DNA of 64,000 nt, from NCBI GenBank assembly GCA_036170915.1, contig JAVHQC010000033.1:256001-320000 (forward strand), given 5' to 3'. The stretch comes from Cyanobacteria bacterium auto_48_18 (lineage in GTDB: Bacteria; Cyanobacteriota; Vampirovibrionia; Obscuribacterales; Obscuribacteraceae). Shown here piece after piece: positions 9,961 through 19,626 of this stretch. The translations under genes and the position numbers were made by a program. Every line of letters starts with the position of its first letter. Position 1 is the stretch's first letter. Below the pieces are notes generated by a model. That model was not told the DNA's origin and ran no database searches. It was given only the letters and a program-made list of their open reading frames with translations.

Positions 9961-11811
9961 GTGCGGCGAAGATCTGCGTTTGATGCGATGCTTCGCTCTT
10001 TGGCGCCCCAAATGCTCTTGATTTTGCTTTCTGTGCTCCCCTTTTATCCGTGGCAATGCGCTCAGGCAGAGCGAATCAAAGATTTTCAAGTCGACCTTAC
10101 CTTGGCCAAGGACGGATTACTAACCGTCACTGAAACAATTAAATATGATTTTGAAAAAGCACATAGGCACGGAATATACAGGCGTATTCCCATGCAGTAC
10201 CGCCGACAGGGCGCAATTTACGATCTGATTCTAAATACTCAGTCAGTGACAGATTTGCAGGGTCACAAGCTTTTGTACACAAGCAAGCGTATGGAAGGAG
10301 TGACTAATATTCAAATTGGCGATCCTCGGGTGCTGCTCACAGGGCAGCATAACTATCGCATCAAATATGATGTGCGCCGGGCAGTCAACATTTTTAGCAA
10401 TGGGCCGGAGCTTTATTGGAATTGTGTGGGCAGCGAGTGGCCATGCCCGATTGACCATGTCAGAATCGTTTTTCACCCGCCGGCCGGCACCAAACTAAGT
10501 AAAGAACGCAGCACAAATTTTCTGGGATACTTCGGTGCTAGAACGCACGGTCAACAGGCCATTGTGGGCAACGCTCTTGTTTACAATGCCAGTCGCCTGG
10601 GGCCAGGGCAAGACTTTACCATTGTTGTCGGCATGCCAAAGGGCAGCGTGGTGCTACCTACTTTATTTCAATCTTTTGTACAGTCGCTTTTGTTCTGGCG
10701 TGTGGGAATTTTGATACCAGCAGCCACGCTGGCAGTTTTATGTTCGCTCTGGTTTATTTACGGTCGCGACAGTCTTAATTTACAGGGCGTAGGCGTCGAG
10801 TGGAAACCGCCTGCGGAGCTCACTCCTGCTGAAGTGGGCACATTGGTGGATGAGCATTGCGACAACTCTGATGTTACGGCAACATTGCTGGATCTGGCTG
10901 CCCGCGGCTATTTGATTATTACTCAAGTGCCGTTCAATGGTTTAATCGGAGTCGACAATAAAGACTATAAATTTAAAAAGGCTGCTAGCCCAGACCCTGA
11001 GCGTCTCAAGCCCCATGAATTAATGGTGCTTTCCAGTTTGTTTGTAAGTAATGACGTCACTTATTTATCAGCGCTACGCGGTCATTATCGTGAGTATATC
11101 GAGACTATGCGCACCATGATTTATCAATCACTGGTGAAAGAAAAATATTTTGCTCGCATGCCCAAAGATGATCGCGATTACTATTTAATTGTTGGTGCAA
11201 TGATTTTAGGCACAGGTGCAATGCTTGCCGCAGCTGGATTTACGGCCGGTGATATCTATAAAAATTATGGTCTTGGTATCGGACTTTCTGGTTTGCTAAT
11301 TATGATTGCCAGCAACTCTATGCCAAAGCGCACCGCCAAAGGTGTCAAGGCTTTGCGTCAATGTCTGGCCTTTAAACGTTTCGTCAACATGGCAGAAAAG
11401 TCGCGCTTAGAAATTTTAGCGAGAGAAGATCCGACCATATTTGGGCGGCTTTTACCGTACGCTTCCGTACTTGGTTGCGCCGAAAAATGGGCATTTGCAT
11501 TCAAAGACTTACTGGACGAACCACCTGATTTTTACCGGGTTACCGGCCGTGATCCAAATTTGGTCTGGAACTCGCAAAACTTTACTTATGATTTGTGCCG
11601 CAGTCTTTATACAATTGATTCGTCATTTGACAGCAAACCCTTGCCTTCGTTCAACATGAACAGCTCAGGTACATCTTCAGGTTTTGGTTCAGGCTTTGGT
11701 TCAGGCTTTGGTTCAGGCTTTGGCGGCGGAGCTGGAGGCGGAGCGAGTGGCTTTGGCTCAGGTGGGGGTTCAGGTGGTGGATTTGGTGGCGGCGGTGGTG
11801 GATCCTGGTAA
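9961..11811 (+). CDS. DUF2207 family membrane protein
   Basis: HGIYRRIP, ELYWN, LTPAEVG, LLPYASVLG and terminal GGGFGGGGGGSW. Confidence 0.88.
   Translation: MRRRSAFDAMLRSLAPQMLLILLSVLPFYPWQCAQAERIKDFQVDLTLAKDGLLTVTETIKYDFEKAHRHGIYRRIPMQYRRQGAIYDLILNTQSVTDLQGHKLLYTSKRMEGVTNIQIGDPRVLLTGQHNYRIKYDVRRAVNIFSNGPELYWNCVGSEWPCPIDHVRIVFHPPAGTKLSKERSTNFLGYFGARTHGQQAIVGNALVYNASRLGPGQDFTIVVGMPKGSVVLPTLFQSFVQSLLFWRVGILIPAATLAVLCSLWFIYGRDSLNLQGVGVEWKPPAELTPAEVGTLVDEHCDNSDVTATLLDLAARGYLIITQVPFNGLIGVDNKDYKFKKAASPDPERLKPHELMVLSSLFVSNDVTYLSALRGHYREYIETMRTMIYQSLVKEKYFARMPKDDRDYYLIVGAMILGTGAMLAAAGFTAGDIYKNYGLGIGLSGLLIMIASNSMPKRTAKGVKALRQCLAFKRFVNMAEKSRLEILAREDPTIFGRLLPYASVLGCAEKWAFAFKDLLDEPPDFYRVTGRDPNLVWNSQNFTYDLCRSLYTIDSSFDSKPLPSFNMNSSGTSSGFGSGFGSGFGSGFGGGAGGGASGFGSGGGSGGGFGGGGGGSW
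11677..11724 (+). repeat. 4 x 12-bp tandem repeat TCAGGYTTTGGY (SGFG)4
   Basis: Read directly in the Gly-rich tail of the DUF2207 gene. Confidence 0.85.
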
Positions 11812-11913
11812 AGTGGAAGTAGCGCTGTAATTAAAGCGAAGGACATCGGCTAATTTTTTAACTTAGTCAGTAAAGCCTATAATTCAGATTCTGCAAGCAA
11901 ATCGTTCGAGAGT

Positions 11914-12987
11914 GTGGCTGCTATTGTGAAAAATTCAAGCAAATTTGTTTTTCAGCTATGCTGCTTGCTCGCAGCTTTTGCTTTGCAAGGCGGGCTTCTA
12001 GATACAGAGCTGGCTTTACCTGCTGATGCCGCTTCAAGTAACGAGGCTTCAGGCAAAGACAGCTCCATCAAGGCGCACTCCGCTCAAGCTGGCGGCGCCG
12101 CAAGAAAGTCTGGCGCTTCTGCTCGCGGCAAACGTCGTGCTCGAAAAGTAAGACGTGCTGCCACTTCAGGTATTGCTTCCACCAAATTGATTCCACTTTC
12201 GCCGCAAGTAGATTCGCTCACTCCGGCGGTCAAAGTCAGCGATAGAGCAACTCTAGACATGCTGCGCTTTGGTGCGCTCAGGCATGCGCAGGGCCAATTT
12301 GATGAAGCTGAAACCACTTTCAGGCAAGTGCTTGCCAGAGATTCAAGCAATGTAGATGCTTTTTATAATCTCGGTTCTCTGGCTGAACGTCGCGGTGACC
12401 TAATTGCGGCGCTGAGCCACTATCGAGCGGCCCAGGCGCTAAAACCAAATGATCATCAAATTGGTGACGCCGTACACTCTGTTGAAAAAACTCTGCGTAG
12501 TGCACCATATTCCCATAACTATCTGCATCCTTCTCATACTGCTCATGCGTTACCTGTATCTGTTCCTGTTTCTGCATCTGTACCTATATCTGTATCAGGC
12601 GAGCCGCTTGCTCAGGTCAATCAATTTCCCTATCCCCCTCTGGCACCCACAGTCTCGCGCGATGATGGCAGAAGCGGTAGCGATCAGTATCCGGTGTTAA
12701 GCGCCCTTAGTGCGCCCGACCCTGTGCCGTCAGTTACTGGAGGGCCTGGCAGTCCTGGAACTTTCCAGCTTAGTTCTTCAAAGAACGCCGCTCTGGCCCC
12801 TACTCTTGGAGTAGTTCCGGCAACTGGCACGGCTATGCCCTCGGCACCGGTGGTTGGGGTTAAACCTAAAAGTCACCCTATCGCAAGAGCCGCCCTCAAT
12901 GGTGCTCTCAATACTGGTGCATCTATGGGACTGCGAGCTGTGGGCCTGCATTGCCCTGTCTGTCATTTTTTGCGATTCAATTTTTAG
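11914..12987 (+). CDS. Exported TPR protein with C-terminal HCPVCH motif
   Basis: Hydrophobic leader, TPRs (AFYNLGSLAERRGDLIAALSHY), Pro/Ser/Val-rich linker. Confidence 0.7.
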   Translation: MAAIVKNSSKFVFQLCCLLAAFALQGGLLDTELALPADAASSNEASGKDSSIKAHSAQAGGAARKSGASARGKRRARKVRRAATSGIASTKLIPLSPQVDSLTPAVKVSDRATLDMLRFGALRHAQGQFDEAETTFRQVLARDSSNVDAFYNLGSLAERRGDLIAALSHYRAAQALKPNDHQIGDAVHSVEKTLRSAPYSHNYLHPSHTAHALPVSVPVSASVPISVSGEPLAQVNQFPYPPLAPTVSRDDGRSGSDQYPVLSALSAPDPVPSVTGGPGSPGTFQLSSSKNAALAPTLGVVPATGTAMPSAPVVGVKPKSHPIARAALNGALNTGASMGLRAVGLHCPVCHFLRFNF

Positions 12988-13365
12988 ATGGCAGTCTTCA
13001 AGTTTAAGTGTTTTACTGGTGCAGCGCTGGCATGCTTGATTGCTATCGCAGGTCAAAGTCAGTTGTGTCAGGCGCAGGAAATTCGCATTGCCCGCCCTGA
13101 TGCGCCAGGTAAGTCGACAGAGGTACAAGCTGATTGTTGCGGGCCTGCTGAGCATAATGAGCTTAATTCAGGCAGCAGCGCCCTTCGCTGGCCAGGGTCA
13201 ATTGTAGATTTTCACAGCCACTGGCAACTTCGTTATGTACAACCGGTGTTCTGCCCAATGGTCACTTGTATGAGTTCTTGTGGAAACTATGCTGACGCCT
13301 GTGTGCTCGATTCGACTGCGGTAGTGGTAAATAAGAAGCACGGCTGTGCGAGCGCGTGCAAGTAG
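12988..13365 (+). CDS. Small Cys-rich exported hypothetical protein
   Basis: Starts immediately after the upstream stop; signal-like leader; 11 Cys in 125 aa. Confidence 0.5.
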   Translation: MAVFKFKCFTGAALACLIAIAGQSQLCQAQEIRIARPDAPGKSTEVQADCCGPAEHNELNSGSSALRWPGSIVDFHSHWQLRYVQPVFCPMVTCMSSCGNYADACVLDSTAVVVNKKHGCASACK

Positions 13366-13440
13366 TTTGAGCTGACGGAGCTGTCTTATACTTATGCAGC
13401 GGTTGTGTCATGATAACCGTGACAGATTTAGGGAAAAATC

Positions 13441-14061
13441 GTGAATTTTCTTGAAACTCCATTGCCTTTAGCCGAGCACAAAACTACCCAGGGCGTGGTC
13501 AAATTTAGAGTTGCCACCCTGAGCGACATTGATCGCCTGGGCGAAACTTTTTTGGGATCTGACAATGAGCCGGCCGACGCCGAGCCCGCCACTGAAGAAT
13601 TTTTGGCATTGACGCGAAGATTTTTCAAGCATTTAATCAATGATGGGGCCGTGGCTATTATTGGTGAGAAAGATTCTGAAAGTGCTGGTTCTGAAATTGT
13701 TGGCCTTTCATTTGTGGATTTACTCGAGCGCCAGAAAGAAAAGACTCGCATTCGCTGCGATCGCCCCACAGGCATTATTGAGAGAGTGCGTTCAGTTATA
13801 GAAGGGCAAGGAGTGGGTCGCGCGCTGCTGACAAACTGCGAGGCATTGATTGTCAGAGCCGGCCTGGAAGCTGCTGAAATTGGAGTCAAGGCGACTAATC
13901 ACCGTGCGCGCAAAATCTATGAGCGCGCCGGGTATCAAATTGTTCTCAATGGCCATGTGGAAAGATTGCCTGATTTTGAAGGTTATTCAATTTTTCGCTA
14001 TGAGCCTCCTTCGCAAGTTATGTTTAAGTCGTTGGTGCCGGTGAAGCGCAAAAGTAAGTGA
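13441..14061 (+). CDS. GNAT family N-acetyltransferase
   Basis: EGQGVGRALL acetyl-CoA motif and NHRARKIYERAGY. Confidence 0.8.
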   Translation: MNFLETPLPLAEHKTTQGVVKFRVATLSDIDRLGETFLGSDNEPADAEPATEEFLALTRRFFKHLINDGAVAIIGEKDSESAGSEIVGLSFVDLLERQKEKTRIRCDRPTGIIERVRSVIEGQGVGRALLTNCEALIVRAGLEAAEIGVKATNHRARKIYERAGYQIVLNGHVERLPDFEGYSIFRYEPPSQVMFKSLVPVKRKSK

Positions 14062-14879
14062 AGAGATTGCACGATTTTGGGACATGGTGGCCGCTTGGTA
14101 GGCACTGGCAATTGCCGTATCCAAAACGCAGAGAAATTTTTGCATTTTTCTCTGCGTTTTGGACTTGCGCTTTTTTAACCGCGCCGTGCGCCGGTGCGCA
14201 AGATCTTGAAACTCAATCACAACGTCAGACATTCCAGGCAACGGTTGCCCCTGTGCCATTGACCTTGCAAGCCGGCGCCACTTTTCAAGAATCAAGCCTG
14301 CCGCCGCAAAACACAGGAAAGGGGTGGTATCGAATTCCATCATGGTTTGCCGGCTACTGGCATCGCCGCGAGATTGTAGAAAAGAATTTTGGCTTTCCTG
14401 ATCGCAGGCAAATTTCCCTGCGCGATATGAGACGCGGGTATCAAATGGATCGCCGGGGAGACATCTGGCATCCACGCAACGAGCCTTTTGTGGTTAGAGT
14501 TGACCACAAAGATACTTATGATCTGAATGACACATCTCAGATGAAACCACTTATGGTTAGCCCCGGATCAGTAGTCTTGGAAATCAGCGCTATGGGCATC
14601 AGAGTTGATAAAGCCACGGGCTTGATTATTTCAACTACTCAAAAAAGAGAAATTCATACTTTTAAGCCTGGGCGCAATCACACCATTGAGGCTGAATCAA
14701 CAGGTATGGGCTACGATCAGCACGGTAAGCCACTTTTGGCCAAGCCATTCCAAAAATTTTATACGGAATATTTAAAGGCACCGTTTAAGCCAATCAACAA
14801 TGAACTTGGCCGAGACTATCGCACCGATTTTTGCGATTATCTCGAAGCCACCGACCAGAGCGATTTATTACCCAGGTAG
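14058..14879 (+). CDS. Exported hypothetical protein, WYxIPxW family paralog A
   Basis: WYRIPSWFAG, RGYQMDRRGDIW, DYRTDFCDYL...DLLP shared with three other ORFs in the window. Confidence 0.8.
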   Translation: MKRLHDFGTWWPLGRHWQLPYPKRREIFAFFSAFWTCAFLTAPCAGAQDLETQSQRQTFQATVAPVPLTLQAGATFQESSLPPQNTGKGWYRIPSWFAGYWHRREIVEKNFGFPDRRQISLRDMRRGYQMDRRGDIWHPRNEPFVVRVDHKDTYDLNDTSQMKPLMVSPGSVVLEISAMGIRVDKATGLIISTTQKREIHTFKPGRNHTIEAESTGMGYDQHGKPLLAKPFQKFYTEYLKAPFKPINNELGRDYRTDFCDYLEATDQSDLLPR

Positions 14880-17800
14880 TGACTCTTCGGGAACAGGCTC
14901 TGTCACTGGGGTTTTACTTTTCTTGTCGGTGATTTTGTACATCACCGGCAGTACCATCAAAGTTAAGAGCGTGGCTGAAACTAAGCCGCCGAGTACTACA
15001 GTCGCCATGGGTCTTTGTACTTCTGAACCGGTGCCGCTAGAAAATATTTTAGGCAAGAGTCCCATAATTGCCACCAGCGCTGTCATCATTACCGGCCTGA
15101 AGCGGGTAATGGCACCTTCCATAATGGCTGCTTCAGCTGGCCTTGTAGCGCGCAAGTGACTGATGTAAGACACCAGGATGACACCGTTCTGCACAGCCAC
15201 ACCAAAGAGCGCGATAAAGCCGATAATGGCTGGAACTGAGATGGGCTGGTGAGTGATGAATAATCCCAGAATTCCGCCGATGATAGCGAAGGGTACATTG
15301 GCCATTACCAGACAGGCGTTTTTGAAAGAACCGAATGCCGAAAACAGCAAGATGAATATTAGCAGCAGTACGATCGGTACTACCACAGCCAATCTTGCCA
15401 TTGCTCTTTGTTGGTTTTCGAATTGGCCACCCCATACCAGTCTGCACGAGTCTGGAATCTTGACTGTCTTTGCCACTTTGGCTTGAGCCTCTTGAACAAA
15501 GCTACCAAGGTCGCGGCCCCTGATGTTTGAAAGAACAGCAGTACGCCTTTGTGCTTCTTCGCGGTTAACCATCACCGTGCCTTCTTCAAGGGTGATATCG
15601 GCCAGCATTTTAAGCGGCACCGTGGCCCCAGAAGGCGTGGTCACAGGCATGTTCGATATGTCTTCTACCGAATCGCGATCTTTGCGTGGCAAACGTACCA
15701 GAACACCAAAGCGTTTATTGTCTTCGAATACTTCGGTAATGACACTACCGGCAATGGCAGTGTTGATATATTGTTGCAGCGCTGCCACGTTGAGGCCATA
15801 GCGCGCCATTCGCGCTCGATCCAGTCGTATCTTCAACTGCGGCGCCCCGAGCATCCGCTCGCGTTGTAAGTCTGCCACTCCTGGCACGCTAGAAATCGCA
15901 TGAGTAATGTCTGAGCTAATTCCATCGATTTCGCGTAGGTCATCGCCGAAAACTTTAATGGCCAGGTCGGCTTTTACTCCTGATACCAGGTCATCTACCA
16001 TGTCAGCAATTGGTTGTGAAAAACTATATTTCAAGCCAGTGATGTTATCCAATTTTTTGGCCATTTTTTCGACCAATTCATCTTTGCTGCGCACCGTCCA
16101 TTTATTTTTTGGTTTCAGGCCTATGTAAGTATCGGCATTGTCTACACCTTCCAGATCAGAACCCATGCCCGATCGGCCAATGCGCGAGACCACAATTTCG
16201 ACTTCAGGAAATTCTTTCACAATAGTCTCGATAATCTTGGCTATCTCCATTGATTCGGTATGAGAAACACTTGGAGCAAGCTTGGTACGCAATAAAATTG
16301 AACCTTCGTCCAGGGTAGGAATAAATTCAGATCCTAAAAAGGGCACAAGGCAAAGTGAGGCCATGAGGGCACCAACTGCAATGGCAATCACTAGTTTTGG
16401 GCGCTTTAGTGCGGCTGCCAGAGCGCCCATATATTTGCGCCTGGGCACGGCAAGAATAGGGCTTTCTTTATCAACGATGTTGCCACGCAAAAACAAATAA
16501 CAGAGCAGCGGAATGATGGTCATGGAGCAGATCAGGGCGCCAGTAATTGAATAGATGAATGTCAGAGCGAGAGGCTGAAACATTTTCCCCTCCACCCCTT
16601 CCAGGGTGAAGAGCGGAATATAGACCGCAATAATGATCAAAATGGAAAACAGAATTGGCTTGCCCACTTCACGGGCAGCGTGAGAGGTGGTCTCTAAAAT
16701 TTCTGCTGGAGATAATTTTTTTCCATCCTCTTGCTTTTCGGCCAGATGGCGAAAAACGTTTTCTACCATGACGACACCGGCGTCTACAATGACGCCGAAC
16801 TCCATGGCGCCAAGAGTCATAAGATTGGAAGAAAGACCAGTTAACCTCATCATAATGAAGCTGAAAAGCAAGGACAGCGGAATAATCACAGCGGCAATCA
16901 CAGCCGCTCGAATATTGAGAAGAATGCTCGCCAGAATAATAATTACCAGAGCACCGCTAAAGAGAAGAATCTCCTTTACCGTGTCCATGGTTTTGTCCAC
17001 TAATTCCATTTGGTTGTAGTACGGCACAATGTGAACGCCCTTGGGCAATTGTGAATGCAGGTCTTTCAGGCACTTCTCCACATTGAGCACTACTTCTTTA
17101 GTGTTTACCCCTTTGCGAGTAAGAACAATGCCTGTGACTGCTTCACCTTTGCCGTCTTTAGACGCCGAGCCACGTCTGAAGGCGCCGTTGATAGTGATGC
17201 TGGCGACCTGACCAAGTTTTACCGATGTGCCTTCATATTCGCGCAGCACAGTATTCTCGATGTCGGCTGCTGTCTTAATGCGGCCGATACTGCGTATGAT
17301 AATTTCTTCGCCACCTTGCTCGATGAAATTGCCACCAGCATTGGTGTTATTCGAATTTAGCGCATCGACCACTTCTTTCAGGCTGACGTCGTATGACTTC
17401 ATTTGATCAGGCTTGAGCAGTACCTGATATTCCTTGACGAAACCGCCGTAGGAGACTACGTTTCCAACACCAGGAACGCTTCTGAGTTTTCTGGCGATCA
17501 CCCAATCTTGAATGGTCCGTAAGCCGATTTCATCTTGTGGGCCTTCCACATAGTACATAAAGACATTGCTGAAAGTTGATACCACAGGCCCCATCTGTGG
17601 CTGAGGCACCTGACTGGGAAACTGAATGGTGTTGAGCTTCTCGCGCACCAGCTGCCTGGCGAAATAAACATCGACGCTGTCTTGAAAAATTACTGTTACT
17701 ACAGAAAGACCAAAGCTGGAATTGCTGCGAATGGTAGATTTACCCGGCAGGCCGGCCATGGCATTTTCAATAGGAATGGTGATCATGGATTCCACTTCTT

Positions 17801-17975
17801 CAGTGGCCATGCTCTCCGGCTCGCAAATTATTTGCACCTGAACATTACTGACGTCAGGAAACGAATCCATGGGCAGAGTGGACAGAGAGAACAAACCGGC
17901 AAATATTAGAAGAACAGTGAGGGCTATAATCGCTAAACGCTGGCTTAAAGCGAAGCTAATTAGTTTATCCGTCAC
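14868..17975 (-). CDS. czcA: CusA/CzcA family heavy-metal RND efflux permease
   Basis: 1035 aa; DSFPDVSNVQVQ, NLMTLGAMEFGVIVD, EGKMFQPLA, RFRPVMMTA, GSEVQRPMATVV. Confidence 0.92.
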   Translation of the reverse strand: MTDKLISFALSQRLAIIALTVLLIFAGLFSLSTLPMDSFPDVSNVQVQIICEPESMATEEVESMITIPIENAMAGLPGKSTIRSNSSFGLSVVTVIFQDSVDVYFARQLVREKLNTIQFPSQVPQPQMGPVVSTFSNVFMYYVEGPQDEIGLRTIQDWVIARKLRSVPGVGNVVSYGGFVKEYQVLLKPDQMKSYDVSLKEVVDALNSNNTNAGGNFIEQGGEEIIIRSIGRIKTAADIENTVLREYEGTSVKLGQVASITINGAFRRGSASKDGKGEAVTGIVLTRKGVNTKEVVLNVEKCLKDLHSQLPKGVHIVPYYNQMELVDKTMDTVKEILLFSGALVIIILASILLNIRAAVIAAVIIPLSLLFSFIMMRLTGLSSNLMTLGAMEFGVIVDAGVVMVENVFRHLAEKQEDGKKLSPAEILETTSHAAREVGKPILFSILIIIAVYIPLFTLEGVEGKMFQPLALTFIYSITGALICSMTIIPLLCYLFLRGNIVDKESPILAVPRRKYMGALAAALKRPKLVIAIAVGALMASLCLVPFLGSEFIPTLDEGSILLRTKLAPSVSHTESMEIAKIIETIVKEFPEVEIVVSRIGRSGMGSDLEGVDNADTYIGLKPKNKWTVRSKDELVEKMAKKLDNITGLKYSFSQPIADMVDDLVSGVKADLAIKVFGDDLREIDGISSDITHAISSVPGVADLQRERMLGAPQLKIRLDRARMARYGLNVAALQQYINTAIAGSVITEVFEDNKRFGVLVRLPRKDRDSVEDISNMPVTTPSGATVPLKMLADITLEEGTVMVNREEAQRRTAVLSNIRGRDLGSFVQEAQAKVAKTVKIPDSCRLVWGGQFENQQRAMARLAVVVPIVLLLIFILLFSAFGSFKNACLVMANVPFAIIGGILGLFITHQPISVPAIIGFIALFGVAVQNGVILVSYISHLRATRPAEAAIMEGAITRFRPVMMTALVAIMGLLPKIFSSGTGSEVQRPMATVVLGGLVSATLLTLMVLPVMYKITDKKSKTPVTEPVPEESLPG

Positions 17976-19365
17976 CGCGCTGCTCCATAGAAAGTTTCGT
18001 TTTCACAAGCACGCCGCCAGTTGTGACCACGTCTTCTCCGCCTTGCAGTCCACTGCTGATTTCTACCAGGTCACCATTAGTGATGCCTGTTTGAACCACT
18101 CTTTTGGCGTACTGGTCTGGCGATGTGCGAAGGTAAACTACGGTGGTGCCGCCGGTTTCATGAATAGCTTCTCTAGGGCAAGCGATTACTTCGCGAGGTT
18201 GGCCTTGAATGTCGATGGTGGCAAACATATTTAGTTTTAGCAGGCCGCTTGTATTATCAATTACTGCTCTCACTGAAACTGTGCGCGTTTTAGGGTCAAG
18301 CATTTCTCCCACATAATGTACTTTGCCGCTAAAAGTACGTGGGCCATAAGCAGTCACAGACGCCGCCACCGGCAGACCTTTTTTCACCAGTGCTAAATCT
18401 GACTCAGGAATTTCACAGCTGATGGCTACCTGTCTCATGTCGCAGATCGAGAATATTGGCGAGTCTGGGCCAACTATTTCGCCTGGAGAAACGAATTGCT
18501 GCACGATAATGCCGCGAGCGGGAGCAATGATAGGCACCAGCGGACGCAGATGCCGGGCTGAAAGACCCGCCTGTGGAGATTTGATCTGCCTGGCTTCAGC
18601 ACCTAAAAATCCGAGCTTTTCATTGATCGTTTGCAGCTCGTTTAAAGTTTCTTGCGCTTCTGTTTGTGCTAGTTGCCAGTCTTTCTTGATCAGGCCTTTG
18701 TTTGCAAACAACTGGCTCTCACGCTTTTCTTCCAGCTGGCATTGTTCGAGATCTAGACGCGCTCTCTCAAGAACGCTTTTGGACTGCAGAAAATCTTTTT
18801 CAGCGGCAATGCCCTCTTTTTTAAGAGTCTCCATGCGATTAAAGTTTCGCCTGGCAGCTTGTTCATTAATCAAAGCCAGCTGTAATGCGGTTTTCGCCCT
18901 GATTAACGCCTTGGGGCGCAGCAGCTCTTCTTGATAAACGCGATATTCTCTTTCTTCATGCGCTTTAGCAATTGCCAAACGCGAGGCAGCTTTGTTTGCC
19001 TCTGCTTGAATCTCGCTAACTTGTTGACTGTCAACAAAACCGAGCACCTGACCGGCCTTTACCTGTTCGCCCGGTGCAACATTCATCTTTAAAATGCGCC
19101 CAGACAGTCTCACTCCGACCGTATACTCTTTGCCGAAAACTGGTTTGATTTGACCAGTGCAATGCACCACCGGTGAAAGATTGCGCCGTTCGGCCTTAAC
19201 GCATTCAATGGACGGAGTAATGTTTTTTTCCGGTTTGGCTGCAATGGCCGAAGAGTCATTGCTGACGCCATTTGACTGACATCCGCAGAGGCTAATGCTG
19301 CAAAGAAAGAGGCCCATCAGGAGAATGGCCGTGAAATTATTCGCTTTGGAGAGCCTGTTTAACAT
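17965..19365 (-). CDS. RND efflux periplasmic adaptor (CusB/CzcB-like), probable lipoprotein
   Basis: LCGC lipobox-like site, lipoyl half-motifs, coiled coil, DPKTRTV, LKLNMFA; overlaps czcA start; ATG at 19365 preferred. Confidence 0.88.
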   Translation of the reverse strand: MLNRLSKANNFTAILLMGLFLCSISLCGCQSNGVSNDSSAIAAKPEKNITPSIECVKAERRNLSPVVHCTGQIKPVFGKEYTVGVRLSGRILKMNVAPGEQVKAGQVLGFVDSQQVSEIQAEANKAASRLAIAKAHEEREYRVYQEELLRPKALIRAKTALQLALINEQAARRNFNRMETLKKEGIAAEKDFLQSKSVLERARLDLEQCQLEEKRESQLFANKGLIKKDWQLAQTEAQETLNELQTINEKLGFLGAEARQIKSPQAGLSARHLRPLVPIIAPARGIIVQQFVSPGEIVGPDSPIFSICDMRQVAISCEIPESDLALVKKGLPVAASVTAYGPRTFSGKVHYVGEMLDPKTRTVSVRAVIDNTSGLLKLNMFATIDIQGQPREVIACPREAIHETGGTTVVYLRTSPDQYAKRVVQTGITNGDLVEISSGLQGGEDVVTTGGVLVKTKLSMEQRGDG

Positions 19366-19626
19366 TGCATATGCCCGTAGCAAGCCGCCCGATTGGCTTC
19401 GATACTTTAATTATTCCATTGTATAACTGTCTTTCAACGCCAATTCTTTCGCCGCAAGGTTTGCTCGAAGCGCGATCTTGCTCTATTGACATGGCAACCT
19501 ACATAGTCAACTGGCCCCTGTCTTCACTGTTTACGGAAAGCTTTTTGATACCACTAATAGTGCAAAAGAGGTTATGAATATTTTGCCACATTATTTCAGT
19601 CTTTGCTAATCAAGCGAGAGTGGTCT

